A DNA stretch of 64,000 nt from the human T2T-CHM13v2.0 reference genome, Homo sapiens, in assembly GCF_009914755.1 (NCBI RefSeq), contig NC_060947.1; one strand, given 5' to 3'. Below are positions 32,066 to 45,720 of the stretch, one piece after another. The notes beneath the pieces were generated by a model. The model was given only the letters and a program-made list of their open reading frames with translations, ran no database searches and was not told the DNA's origin. Both the position numbers and the translations under genes were made by a program. Position 1 is the first letter of the stretch, and each line of letters starts with the position of its first letter.

Positions 32066-33418
32066 TGACGAGGACTATTTTCTTGACCAAACTTTAATGA
32101 GGCTGATCTGAGCTTACTTCTCAACTAGGAAGCCTTGTCCTTGGGCTGAAAAGCCCAGTTTTAGCAAATAATTGTGCTGAGTCAGCTTATTGATAATAGC
32201 ATTACCCTTGATACCTGTGGTATTATATATATACAGTGTGTGTGTATGTATGTATTTTGTATGTGTGTGTGTATATATATATATAAAGATTTTTTGTTTA
32301 TGGTCCCTGGCTCATAATTCCCATAACCCTTGCTATAATTTGGGGACATTTTATGCCTCAGTAGCAAGCCTCGGAAAACAGATTCTGTCTTTCTGACCTT
32401 CCATTGCCCTCCCTCCACCTGCCCAAGGCAGGACTCTAGTCTAATTGTTGAGTCATAAGACCATTACTCCAGAGAGGGTCCTGCTTCATACCCTGGAGGA
32501 AGAAATGCTGCAAGGAGAGACCAGAGGAATCTGAAAAGACAGACCTTGCTGGGCTTCCCCACTCAGTCTATTAATATTAGATCAAAACTTTTTGCCTAAT
32601 TACATTTCTGCTTGGTTGTCACTCATGCCTATCCAATGAAGTCTCTATAAAAGGCCCAAGAGGACAGGGTTAGCAGAGCTCCCAGATAGCTGAACATATG
32701 GAGATTCCTGGGGGTGGTGCACCTGGGGAGGGCATGGAGGCTCAATGCCACTACCCACTATATCTTTCCCTATGCATCTCTTTGTGCCTATCCTTTGTAA
32801 TATCCTTTATAATAAAATGGCAAACATAGGTGTTTCCCTGAGTTCGGTGAGCTACTCTAGCAAATTAATCAAACCCAAAGAGGACATCGTGGGACGATCA
32901 ACTTGAAGCTGATTAGTCAGAAGTTCCAGAGACCTGACTTGCTGCTGGTGTCTGAAGTGTGGGACAGTCTTGGGATGGAGCAATCAACCTGTGGAACCTG
33001 ATGCTATTTCCAGATAAATAGTGCAGGAATTGAATTGAAGGACACTCGGTGTCTGTTGCAGAACTGATGGCTTGCTTAAAATAGGAAGAACCACCCCCCA
33101 ACCCATCGATATTTGGTCACAGAAGTCTTCTGTGTTTATTGTTGTGCTGAGAGAGCAGAGGAAAAACAGTTGGAGTTTTTTTGCCACAATATCTAATCAA
33201 GTTTCTCTTCCCCTACCCTTGATATCTAATCAAATTCTTTTTAGTAATTTTCTATTCACTGACTCTCACCTTGCCCTTCGGCTGTGAATCCCCAGCTTCC
33301 CTTGCTGTATTTGAAGTTGAGCTCAGTTCTGTACTGAAATCTCTCCCCCTACTGCAATGGCTCAAATTAAATATGTCTTGCCATTTTTAACAAGTGTTCA
33401 GTACTATTTCCTTTTAAT
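32066..33418 (+). mobile_element. MER31-type LTR split by a MER21 LTR
   Basis: 'tgac...cttgaccaaacttta..aggct...agcccagttttagcaa...acccttgata' resumes at 33189 'atatctaatcaa' and runs to 'ctttaa'. Confidence 0.7.
32216..33188 (+). mobile_element. MER21A/B-type LTR
   Basis: tg...ca termini. 'gtgtttccctgagttc.gtgagc..ctctagcaaattaatcaaaccc'. 5-bp TSD atacc / atatc. Confidence 0.8.
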
Positions 33419-33636
33419 GGGTGGAGGGCAGCTCTACAGAATATTTTTGTGAATTTGAAGAAATTTTAACACATATTGTATTTTAAATGTGATTATTCTT
33501 TCAGTATTTTGGGTGTGGTAATGGTGTCTTGTGTGTCTTTATCTTAGGAGATACATGTTGAATATATATATATATATAATTTTAAGATATCTGAAACATA
33601 ATTTCAAATGATTTATCTCCCCTCACAAATGTGTCC

Positions 33637-33670
33637 GTGTGTGTGTGTGTGTGTGTGTGTATGAGTGTGT
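33637..33670. repeat. (TG)n microsatellite
   Basis: TG run. Confidence 0.9.
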
Positions 33671-34419
33671 ACATAGATAAAAATTATAGGAAGCGCTCTC
33701 ACTCTAGTATGCGTCACTTGTCCTGTAGAATTGAAAATTTACAAAATAAACTGTTGAAGAAAACAATAGTCTCTTGAAAACTATTAATAGTTGTTTATTT
33801 CATGAGAAAAACTTACGAACAAGAAAAGAAGAGAAACTGGATGCTTTCTTTTCATTTTATATCTTATTCATAATGTTTAGATTTTAAAAATAGCATTCAC
33901 ATATAACTTACTTCATCAAATATAATATGGCATTGATTCTAAGATGAATTATCTTATATACTTTTAAGAAAAAATATTCTGTCAAATAGACTATGACACA
34001 ACAATTCAATGGTGATTGTGCATGACACAATGTTTTAATAATAATCCCACACTACACATGAATGGCTTATAATAATATCCTGTCATCGTAGTGGATTTTC
34101 TTTCATCTATTCCCAAGATATAAAAACTTATTTTGCCTTAAGATTCATTGCTTGTGGTGTGATTGGTAAACACTTTACACATGTGTCTGTAATAAAATTT
34201 AACAGAGCTTCATTTACTTGTGTGTTTCTTTCTTTAGTCTTTTAAGTAATCTGATTATTTCTTTGCATGAAAAATGAAACTGAACTCTGTATTGGAAACT
34301 ATACTTCCCCTTCAGATTAGATTTCAGGAATAAAGAATATAATCACCCAGCTACTCAGAATTTTGCCACTAGACAGTCCTCAGCCGTAAGCTTTCTTCAG
34401 AATTGTCTTTGCTATAGAC

Positions 34420-34955
34420 AGTTGCAACCTACACACTGGGAGAAAATATTTCCAAAACATATGTCTGGTGTGGGGTTAATATACAAAATTTGTAAGGAGC
34501 TAACACAACTTAGTAGCAAAAACAAAACAAAACAAAACAGAGACCTGATTTAAAAATGGGCAAAAGACCTGAATAAATATTCCTCTATAGAAAAGACAAA
34601 AATGAGTATCAGTTATATGAGAAGGTGCCCAAAATCACTAATCATTAAGAAAATGCAAGTGAAACCCACAATGAGATATAACTCCAACCTGCTAGGATGC
34701 CTATTATTAAAATATAAATGACAAATGCTGGAAAGGATGGGAGAAAAGAGAAATCTTGTACACTGTTGATGGGAACGTAAATTAGTATAGCTATTATGGA
34801 AAACAGTATGGAGGTTCCTCAATAAAAATAAAACCATCATTTGATCCAACATTTCCAACTCTGAATATACATTTGAAGGAAACGGAATTACAATCTCTGG
34901 AAGAGATGTGCACCTCCATGTTCCTTGAAGCATTATTCACAATAGCCAAGATACG
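34420..34955 (+). mobile_element. L1MA/MB ORF2-end and 3' UTR fragment
   Basis: 'aatcactaatcattaagaaaatgcaagtgaaacccacaatgagatat'. Confidence 0.8.
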
Positions 34956-34979
34956 TACATATATATATGATATACATGT

Positions 34980-35458
34980 GTGTACATGTATGCTTATTAC
35001 AGCACTATTCACAATAGCAAAAACTTGGAACCAACCCAAATGTCCATCAATGATAGACTGCATTAAGAAAATGTGGCACACACACACACCATGGAATACT
35101 ATGCAGCCATAAAAAAGGATGAGTTCATGTCCTTTGCGGGGACATGGATGAAGCTGGAAACCATCATTCTCAGCAAACTAACACAGGAACAGGAAACCAA
35201 ACCGCATGTTCTCACTCATAGATGGGAATCGAACAATGAGAACACTTGGACACAGGGAGGGGAACATCACACATGGGGGCCTGTCGTGGGGTGGGGGAAG
35301 GGGGAGGGATAGCATTAAGAGAAATACCTGATATAAATGATGAGTTAATGGGTGCAGCACACCAACATGGCACATGTATACATATGTAACAAACCTGCAT
35401 GTTGTGCACATGTACCCTAGAAATTAAAGTATAATAATAAAAATAAATAAATAAATAA
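34980..35458 (+). mobile_element. L1PA5/6-like 3' end with poly(A)-derived tail
   Basis: 'MEYYAAIKKDEFMSFAGTWMKLETIILSKL' is the ORF2 C-terminus. G-rich 3' UTR and 'gtaccctagaa.ttaaagtataataataaa'. Confidence 0.9.
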
Positions 35459-35959
35459 CTAAACTGTAGCTTTTTTAAACTCAGAAACTATATATATTCT
35501 CTTTCACTGTGTGGAAATGAGTGCAGAGTTTTGAAAAATAGATAATGATTATTCCCAGATGTTTACTCTTTCATACGAAATTTAGAGTCATTTTATCCAA
35601 TCTTTAACTTATTTAATATTGGATTTTAACTGGAATCTTTCACTTCAAGTTGTTCAATCAACTGGCTGGCAAGTTGGAGCTGACTCGGAGTTCAGCTGAG
35701 TCTGTGAGCCACGGACTTTGGTTCCTCAGTCCCTCCTTAAGCGGGTCTCCCTGCATGGCTGCATGGATTTTCTCATGGTAAGTTGCCTGGATTCTGTGAA
35801 AAAGAAACGTGAGCAAAACAAACAAAAGTGTTATGGCTTATGCTTGAAAATCACAAATTGTCACATTTGACAATCAAAAGCAGAATCAAAGTTACATTGT
35901 AAAAAGATTGTAAGAAGAGATTGTGGCATATGGCCATTTTTGGATATACATTCCAACAC

Positions 35960-36780
35960 ACAGATTTAAGGTCAAATTGGGTAAAACTCTCTTAAGATTC
36001 AACTAAAAAGTCAAATAATTTAGAATAGCCAAAAACACGGACATACAGAGGCATGGAAAAACTAAGAAGGAGCTTAGCGTTCAAACATACCAAAACAACA
36101 TGGTACTGGCAAAAGTATGAATAAATAGATCATTAGGACAGAAAGAGAGCCCAGAGGTAGATCCTTGTATATAATATTCAACCATATATAAAGCATTATT
36201 TTATTCAAATAGTGAAAGATGTTTCATTCAATAAATGGAATTAGCACAAGTTGTTATGTATCTGGGAGTAAAAAAATAGAACTTCTATGGAATATCATAT
36301 TCGGAAATAAATTCCAGATATATTAAATATGTAAATGTAAAATCTAAAGCAATAACATATTTCGATATTTTAAATTATATATACAACCAATAACCTGGGA
36401 GGGGAGAATTTTTTAAGACAGGAAACACAGAAGCTATAAAAGAAAAGAAAGAAATGCTTGGCTATAAAAAATAATTTTTTTCTATGACAACAGATGCAAT
36501 ATAAAAAGTCAAAAGATAAATGATAAATCAGGAAAAATTGTATGCAAAACAGGGGACAGAACTTTTTTACTGAAAAGGTACACATTTTTCTAGTTAAAAA
36601 AAGACAAAAAGCTCAATAGAAAAATGAGAAAAATAACAATAACTATTGCTCTCCTAGGTAAGCATTCCTGGTAAGGATCTGTGAAAAATGATACTCTTAT
36701 TCATTAGCAGTAGATTTATAAATTTTTATAATCCGTTTGAAAAGGTAAGCTTGTTAGAGCTATAAAAATTAAATGGAAAT
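35960..36780 (+). mobile_element. Diverged L1ME ORF2 fragment
   Basis: 'aaaacaacatggtactggc..aaatagatca..ggacagaaagagagcccaga', 'aaataaattccagat.tattaaa'. Confidence 0.6.
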
Positions 36781-38038
36781 GTACCCTCATTCCTCTGCCA
36801 CTCTTAATGTACTTGGTTCTCCCTCCTTCCTCCCTTTTCTGTCTGTCAGTTCCTCCCTCCCTTTCTCTCCTTTTCCCCCTCTTTTTTGCTCTCTTCTCTC
36901 ATTCTGTTGGTCTATTTCTCTTTATCTTTTCTCTTTCAGCAATTATACATCAGGGAATCTATGTGATAGAAATACATTCACATAAGGAAAAATGCAGCAC
37001 TTTTCATATTCATAAAACACAGGAAGAAAACAATGTGATTTTTTTTCTAAGGTGGTGAATTGGAGGCAATGTTAGCATGCCTCTCCCACTTGGAAAGACA
37101 AAATATGGCATAGAGATTCACACTATAAACGTTATTCCAAGAAGTAACACAGGAATTTAACTGGAAAACTGAAAGAAACCACAGACCCTTTGAAAGAAGC
37201 ATCAGGCTGCAGCTTAGACTGTGAGCCAGGCAAAAAACTGCAAAGTCGCCAGAGTGTGAGAGGGAGACGACTGCCTCCAGGATATAGAGCCCCACTGGGG
37301 AACCTGACAATACAGCCCACAAGGGAAGGTCTTAATCCTACCCAGCACTGGAATTGATTTAGGGAACAGCAGGGGATATAAAAGTAGGAGCAGCAGCAGA
37401 AAGAGCCTTGTGGGCATTCCTTGTCTCCAGCACAGACCAAGGGAAGCCATTCCCAATTCTTTGTCACAGGGGACTTTTTGGAAGTAAGCTAGCTAACTCA
37501 GTCAGTGGTCACAGGTTGAGAAAAGCTTCCAACTAAAATACTTGCTATAATCTTGATTGGGGGCAAACTTCCTTGGCTGGAACCAGGAGACAAGCAGGAA
37601 GTGTACTGCAGCCATGAGTATAGGAGCTGGGTGTCCTGGCCTTGCAGGTGGACTGGGAGGGGTGTGGCCTGAAAGCTGAAGTTGCCGTCTCTGAAGGAAG
37701 GCTTATGGTTTGGTGCAACTTTGAGTTCTGAGCATAGACTGCCTGGAAATTAGCTATCTGCTGCTAGCAGAACACTGCAGGTGTGAGACATGCATTGCCA
37801 AGTGTGTAGGAGATGGATGGGGCTTACAGCCACCTGCTACTCCCCACTCCCTGCATGAGCTTTTCTGTGCAGCAGGTGCAGCTATTCTTCTCCCTAAAAA
37901 AGTACTCCAGTGGCCAGAGAACCACCCTCCCTACCCCCAAAAAGGCTGCTGCCTGTCCTGTATGTGGAAAGCCAGAGCACAGACCTGCCTGACTCAGCCC
38001 CCATCTGGCTTTGTCCCTCCACCTGCCCTGGTAGCTTA

Positions 38039-38080
38039 ACACACACACACACACAAACATACACACACACACACACACAC
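38039..38080. repeat. (CA)n microsatellite, interrupted
   Basis: CA run inside the L1 5' UTR. Confidence 0.9.
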
Positions 38081-41000
38081 AATTTTGGGAGGTCTGTAAC
38101 CCGACCCACCACGTGAGAAACCAGAATACCTCCCTACGTAATATAAGGCAAGCCCAAATTTCAATGCTATTACCACAGCTGGGGCTTTTTTTCAAGTGCC
38201 ACCCCCTGGCTGGAGGCCAACTGATACAGTCCATTACAGCACCTGCAGGTAGAATAACACTGCACCTAGGAAGGAGAAAACTTGTGGATGACCTCAGCTA
38301 TCATTATTGCCTGCACCACCCTGGCAGGAAGTCCTGAGTTTGTCCACATTACCAGTTCATTACTACTAAAACTGGCATTTGAGGAAAAATCACACTAAGG
38401 CTAATTATAACCAAGAATCACAGAGTCTACACCACTCCCCTGCCACCCCTATCAGAGCTGGTGCTGGTAGTCAGCACTGGGAGACTTGAAGATGGTCACA
38501 TCACTGGATATCTTGCAAACATTCCCCAGCACCAACCTAGAGTGTGACAGCCCAACTGGGTGGCTAAGCCCAGAGAAGCATCAGTATTCATAGTAACCTG
38601 GCTCTCAGGGACACCCCATGGGACAAAAGAATCCAGACAGCAGGACTTAAGTCTGCTTAAGAAGTTTCAGGAGAGGCACAGTTGTAGTCCTGGGCTCAGT
38701 GGGTAAAGCCTGTAACTCTATCCCAACAGTCAGGCAGCCCCGGTGATCAGGAAGGGTCTTGTAGAAGGGAACTTCTTTTTCCTCATTCACCACTAAAGAC
38801 ACAGCTAGGGCTTCCCCCATGGGAGGTCAGTGTGTGTGCATGTATGTGTAGACAGCCTTTGTGGAACACTTCAGGGTGACTGCATGGCCAAAGGAGGAGC
38901 ATCCTCCAGGTTCAGGCTTGCACAAGAACTAAAGCCACAGTGCCTCTCTACTTGGAAAATCAACATTCTTGCAGATGTAAAGAGGTGGCTGTGTAATCTG
39001 AATAGCCGGAACACTAGGTCAGAAGTGTGTCTGTGAGGTGGATCACTTTGCTAGTGGCCTGAGAGGGGAGGTGAGTTTGCTCCAACCCTTCCCCCTGACA
39101 AGAACCCAATGCATTCTACTGAGAGCTTCCCGAGGCATGTCTGTCAGTGCTTGGATCTTTGCCCACCATTACATATTTCAATTAGCTTTAGCCACAAACG
39201 GTTTCTACTCAGGGACACCACAGCTACTGGCCTGAAACCTGAACTATATAATGCAGTAAATGAAATCCTAGGGGAAAAATGAATAGATGTACACCATAGG
39301 GGAATGAGATATGCTTCAAGAGACCTCTGTCATTCCAATCGCGTAGGAAACAGTGAACTTGCTCAAACACTGAGCACATGGCTAATATAACCAGCACCAT
39401 ACAAAGACTCTGTAACCAAAAACCTCATACAGTCTTCATCCCTGAAAGCATAAAGAGCCAAATTAAGCTACAACAAACTAAAAGCATTAAAGTAATATAA
39501 TTAAGGCAAAAAGATTACATGAAGCACAGACAAATCAAAAATAAACTCAACAATAATTAGAAGAAATACTAATAATATAATGTAATATAATAATTATAAA
39601 AATAATTATAAGACACATTTAGGGAATTACAAAATGCAGTGGATAATATTAACTATGACCTAAAACAAGTAGAAGAAAGAATTTCAGAGCACAAAAGCAA
39701 GGCTTTCAAATTAACCCAATTAGACAAAATTAAAGAAAAAAGGGTCAAAATAAATGAACAAAATCTTCAAGAAATATGGGATAATGCAAAAAGGCCAAAA
39801 CTAAGAATAACTGGCATTCTTGAGGGAGAAGAGAAAGCAAAATGTTCAGAAAACTTATTTGAGGAAATAATTGAGGAAATCTTTTTTTTAGCTTACTAGA
39901 GATTTACATATTCAAGCACAAGAAGCTCAAAGAACTCCTGGGAGACTGATTGCAAAAAGGACATCATGAAGGCTTATAGTCATCAAGCCATCTAAAATCA
40001 ACATAAAGGAAATAATTCAGAGAGCAGTGAGACAAAAGCATCAAGTAACCTATAAAGGAAAACCTCTCAAATTAAAAGCAGTCTTCTCAGCAGAAACCAT
40101 ACAAGCCAGAAGGGACTGGGGTCTCATCATTAGTCTCCTTAAACAGAATAGCTGTAAGCCAAAAATTTTGTGTTCAGCAAAACCAAGTTTCATAAATGAA
40201 GGATAAATAAAATCATTTTCAGACAAACAAATGCTGAAGGACTTGTCACTACCAAACTAGCCCTACAAGAAATGTTAAAAGGGGTTCAAAATGTTGAAAC
40301 AAAAGTTTGATATGCACCAGACTAGAACCTCCTGAAAGCATAAAACTCACAGGGCCTATAAAACAATAACACAACGAAAAAAACATATCTAGGGAAAAAT
40401 TAACATAATTACTAGAACAGTATCTCATATCTCAACATTGACATTTAATGTAAGTGGCCTAAATACTCCACTTAAAAGGTACAGATTGGCAGAATAGATT
40501 AAAAAAAAATCAAAACCAAATATCTGTCATCTTCAAGAGATTTACCTAACATGCAAGGATTTACATAAAGTCACGATAAAGGGGTAGAAAGAGATACTCC
40601 ATGCAAATAGAAATCAAAAGCAAGCAGGAATATCTATTTTTGTATCAGACAAAACAGACTTTAAAGGAACACAAGTAAAAAAAAAAGACATTATTATATA
40701 ATGATAAAAAATCAATTTAACAAGAAAGTATTACAATCTTAAATTTATATGCACCTAACGCTGGAGCACCCAGATTTATAAAACAATTACTACTAGACCT
40801 AAGAAAAGAGATAGACAGCAACACACTAATAGTGGAGGACAACAACACTCCACTGACAGCACTACACCAATCATTGAGACAGAAAGTCAACAAAGAAATA
40901 ATGGGCTTAAACTACACTCTAGGACAAGTGGACCTAAAGATATTTACAGAACATTTTACCCAAGAATTTCAGAACTTACATTCTTCTCATCAGGACATGG

Positions 41001-41227
41001 AACATTCTCCAAGATAGACCAAATTATAGGCTACAAAGTAAGTATCAACACATTTTAAGAAATCAAATAAATATCAAGTAACTTCTCAGACCACAGTGAA
41101 ATTAAATTAGAAATCAATTCCAAAAAGACCCTCAAAATGGTAGAAATGCATGGAAATTAAACAATTTGCTCCCGAATGATTTTTAGGTTAACAATGAAAA
41201 CAAAGTGAAGATTAAAATAAATGATAA

Positions 41228-41387
41228 TTAGCTGGGTGTGGTGGCATGCACCTGTAATGTCAACTGCTCCAGAGGCTGAGGTGGGAGAATCGCCTGAACC
41301 TGGGAGTCAGAGGTTGTGGTGAGCCAAGATCATGCCACTGCACTCTTGCCTAAGCAAAAGAGATTCCATCTCCAAAAATAAATAAAT
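41228..41387 (+). mobile_element. 5'-truncated Alu (right arm only) with (TAAA)n tail
   Basis: Alu right monomer. TSD aaataaatgataa on both sides. Confidence 0.85.
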
Positions 41388-44098
41388 AAATAAATGATAA
41401 GAGTGACACTTAAAAAATTTTTTTAATGCCCACAGTGTAAATAGTGACACAAGATCTCGAAATTTCCCAGAAACAGCAAAAGCAATGCTAAGGTGAAAAT
41501 TTGAAGTGCTAAATGCCTACATCAAAAAGTTTAAAAGATCGCAAATTGACAACCAAATGTCACACATTAAAAACTAGAGAAACAAGAGCAAACTAAACCC
41601 AAAGCTAGCAGAAGAGAAGAAACAACAAATATCAGAGAATAACTAAATGAATTTGAAACAAAAAAATACAGATCAATAAAATAGAAAGTTGGTTCTTTTA
41701 CAAGACAAACAAATTTGATAGACCACTAGATAGATTAACCAAAAATAGAAGAATCAAATACCTTCAACTAGAAATAAAAATGAAGACATAACAACTGACA
41801 CCACATAAATACAAAATATTATTTGAGACCATTCTGAACACCTTTATACATACAAACTAGAAAATCTAGAGAAAATGGAAAAACTCCTGAACATACAACC
41901 CTTCTAGATTAAATGAAGAAGAAATAGAAACCCTGTACAGATAAATAACAAGCAATGTGATGAAATCAGGAATTTAAAAATTGCCAAAAAAACAGTCCAT
42001 TAGCAGATAAATTCATGGTTGAATTCCACCAGACATTCGGAGAAGAATTGGTACCAATCCTACTGAAACTATTCCAAAAGATTGAGAAAGAAACAATTCT
42101 CCATGGCTTATTCTCTGAAGCTAGTATCACCCTGATACCTAAACCAGAAAAGGACAAAACAACAACAAAAAGGAAATCTACAGACTAATATTTCTGATGA
42201 ACATAGATGCAAAAATCCTCAACAAAGTACTAGCTAATTGAATTCAACAGCACATCAAAAAGATAATACACCAAGATCAAGTGGGTTTCATCCCAGGGAT
42301 CCAAGGATACTTTAATATATAAAAGTCAATAGATTTGATACATCAGATTAAAAAGAAGTAAAAATATAAACCGTATGATCAACTCAATAGAAGCAGAAAG
42401 ACTTCAGTCAAATTCAGCATCTGTTTATAATAAAAACTCTGAACAAACTAAGCATAAAAGGGACTTACCTCAAAATAATAAAGGCATATATGACAAAACT
42501 ACAGCCAGATTCATACTCAATGGGGGAAACGTTGAAAGCATGAACAAACCAGACTGGAACAAAACAAGGATGCCCACTCTCACCACTTCTATTCAACAGA
42601 CTACTGGAGTCTTAGCCAGAGCAATCAGACAAGAGAAAGAAATAAAGGGCATCCACATTGGATAAGAGGTAGTCAAACTATCAGTGTTTGTGAATAATAT
42701 GACTGTATACATAGGAAACTCTAATGATTCCTTCAAAAGAAACTATTAATAGAGACAAAGAAGGACATTATGTACATAATTATAACAAACTCAATTCAAT
42801 AGGAAATTATAACAATTACAGACATATATGCACCAACATCAGATGTCCTAAATATATGGAGCATAGATTGACCAGAATTGAGGGAAGAAATACACATCTC
42901 TACAGTAGTAATAGGAGACTTTGGTACCTCATTTACAATATTGTACAGAAAAACTACCCATAACTTCCATAAAAAAACTAGAAGACTCAAAGAAAAACTA
43001 CTATTGGCCAATTGAAACTAACAGAGATATATAAAAATTCACTCAAAAATAGCAGCATACATTTTTTCTCAAGTGTTCAAGAAATAATACTGAGGATAAA
43101 CAAAAAGAGAGTCTTAATAGATTTAAAAATATTTAAATTGTATTATGTATCTGTTTTGATCACAATGGAATAGAACTAAATCAAAAGCAGAAAAAAATTG
43201 AAAATCTATAAATATGTAGAAATTAAACACAGTTTTAAACAACCAATGGAACAAAGAATAAATTATAAGGAAAATTAAAATATATCTTGAAATGAAAATA
43301 AAAACTCAACATATCAAAACTTATGGAATGCAGTAAAAGTAGTACTAAGAGGTGCATTTATAGCTGAAAATGCTTTTATTAAAAAATAAGATATCAAATC
43401 CATAGCCTGAATATATATCTCAAGGAACTAGAAGAAGAACAAACTAAACACAAAGCTAGCAGAGGAAAGGATATAATAACAATTAAAGCAGAAATAAATA
43501 ATTGAAAAACAATCGAGAAAACTGATGAAACCAAGAACTGGTTCCTCAAATAGATCAGCAAAATTGACAAAACTTTAGCTATATTGACTAAGAAAAATAT
43601 AAATGTCTCAAGTAACTGAAAACAGAAATGAAAGCAGATAGTAAGACTGTTTTTATAGAAATAAAAAAGAGAACATAAATTTTTGTATGGTAAACTACAT
43701 GAAATGAACAAATTCCTAGAAAACCACAAATATCAAAACTAAACTACTAAGAGATAGAAAATCACAAAAGACTTATTAGTAGTCAGGTGATGGCATCAAT
43801 AATTACAAACATCCCAACAAGAAAAAGACCAGGAGAACATAATTTCACTGGTGAACTCTAGGAAACAATTAAAACATTGACACTAACACCCTTTAAAATT
43901 TTCCAAAAATGGAAGTGTAGAGAGTACTTCTAAATGCATTCTGTTGGTCTAGCATTATCCCAATATCAAGGCCAGAAAAAGATACCATAAAATAAGAAAA
44001 CTATAAACCAAATTTCTAATAAATACTGATGCAAAAGTCCACAATAACATAGTAGCTAACAGAATCCAATCGCACACTAAAAAGATTATACATGTATA

Positions 44099-44142
44099 CA
44101 GTTGACACTTGAACAACATGGAGGTTGTTCAAGATGTAACTG
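44099..44142. mobile_element. 44-bp TIR-only Tigger2-like remnant (hairpin)
   Basis: TA-cagttgacacttgaacaac-atggag-gttgttcaagatgtaactg-TA. The arms resemble the Tigger2-family TIR CAGTTGACCCTTGAACAAC. Confidence 0.7.
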
Positions 44143-45640
44143 TATTCCTAGGATAAAGGGAAGGTTCAACATAGAAAAATGAACTAAGCTGAGAACCAAA
44201 TTCAGAATGCACACTCATTCAGAATTGCCGCACAAGAATAAAAGATCTAAGAATACATCTAACCAGGTAGGGGAAAAATTTCTACAATGAGAATTAAAAA
44301 ACAATACTCAAAGAAACCAGAGAAGACAAAAATAAATGGAAAAACATTCTATGCTCATGGATTGGAAAATACAACATTAATAAAATGGTCATACTGCCCA
44401 AAGCAATTTACAGATTCAGTGTTATTCCTACCAAACTACTTATGATATTTATCACAGAATTAGAAAAAAAAGTATTTTAATATTTATGTGAAACCAAAAA
44501 GAACCTGAATAGCCAAGGCAATCCTAAGCAGAAAAGACAAAGCCAGAGGTATCACATTACCTGACATCAAAATACAGCACAGGGCTGCAGTAACCAAAAC
44601 AGCGTGGTACTGGTACAAAAACAGACACAGAAACCAATGGAACAGAATATAGACCCCAGAAATAAAGCCACACACCTACAACCATCTGATTTTTAACAAA
44701 GTTGAGAAAAACAAGCAACGGTAAAAGGACTTCAATATTCAATAAATGGTGCTGGGATAACTGGCTAACCATGTGCAAAAAATTGAAATTGGATAAATTC
44801 CTGATGCCATATACTAAAGTCAACTCAAGATGGATTAAAAACTTAAATGGAAAACCTAAAACTATAAAAACCCTGAAAAATAACCTGGGAAATACCATTA
44901 TGGATATAGGATCTGACAAAAATTTTATGATAAAGATGCCAAAAGCAATTGTAACAAAAACAAAAGTTAACAAATGGGACCTAATTAAACTAGAGAGCTT
45001 CTGCACAACAAAATAAACTATCAACAGAATAAACAGACAGTCTACATAATGGGAGAAAATATTTGCAAACTATGCATGTGACAAAGGTCTAATATCTAGA
45101 ATCTATAAGAAACTTAAACAAATTTAAAAGCAAAAAACAAACAGCTCCATTAAAAAGTGGACAAAGAACACAAACAGCCCCTTTTTAAAAGACATACACA
45201 CAACTAACAAGTATATAAAAAAAGGTTGACATCACCGATTATTAGAAAAATGCAAATCAAAACCACAATGAGATAGCATATCACATTAGTCAGAATGGTT
45301 ATTATTTAAAAGTCAAAAAATAACAGATGCTGACAAGGTTTTGGAGCAAAGGGAATGCTTATACACTGCTGATGGCTATGTAAATTAGCTCAGTCTTTGT
45401 GGAAAGGAGTTTGGTGATCTCCCAAACACTATAAGTAGAATTATCATTTAACCCAGCAATTCCGTTATTAGGTATATACTAAAAGGAATATAAATTGCTC
45501 CACCATAAAGACACAAAGACATATGCATGCATATATTCATCACAACACTATTCAAAATAGCAAAGAATGGAATCAACCTAAATGCCCATCAATGGTAACT
45601 GGATAAAGATAATGTGGTACGTCTACATCATGGAATACTA

Positions 45641-45720
45641 TTGGGTTAGTACAAAAGTAATTGTGATGTTTGCCATTGAAAGTAATGGCAAAAACTGCAA
45701 TTACTTTTGCACCAACGTAA
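45641..45720. mobile_element. MADE1 MITE (Hsmar1-derived 80-bp palindrome)
   Basis: Two 37-bp inverted arms around a 6-bp spacer. TA at 45639-45640 and 45721-45722. Inserted in the L1 motif 'tggaatacta'. Confidence 0.95.

Noticed and set aside
33900-34420. Possible unique or conserved sequence
   Set aside because: 'cattgattctaagatg' suggests a degraded DNA-transposon fragment, but I could not assign it confidently or find a gene signal.
35276-35308. G-quadruplex-like G-run cluster
   Set aside because: Standard G-rich tract of the L1PA 3' UTR.
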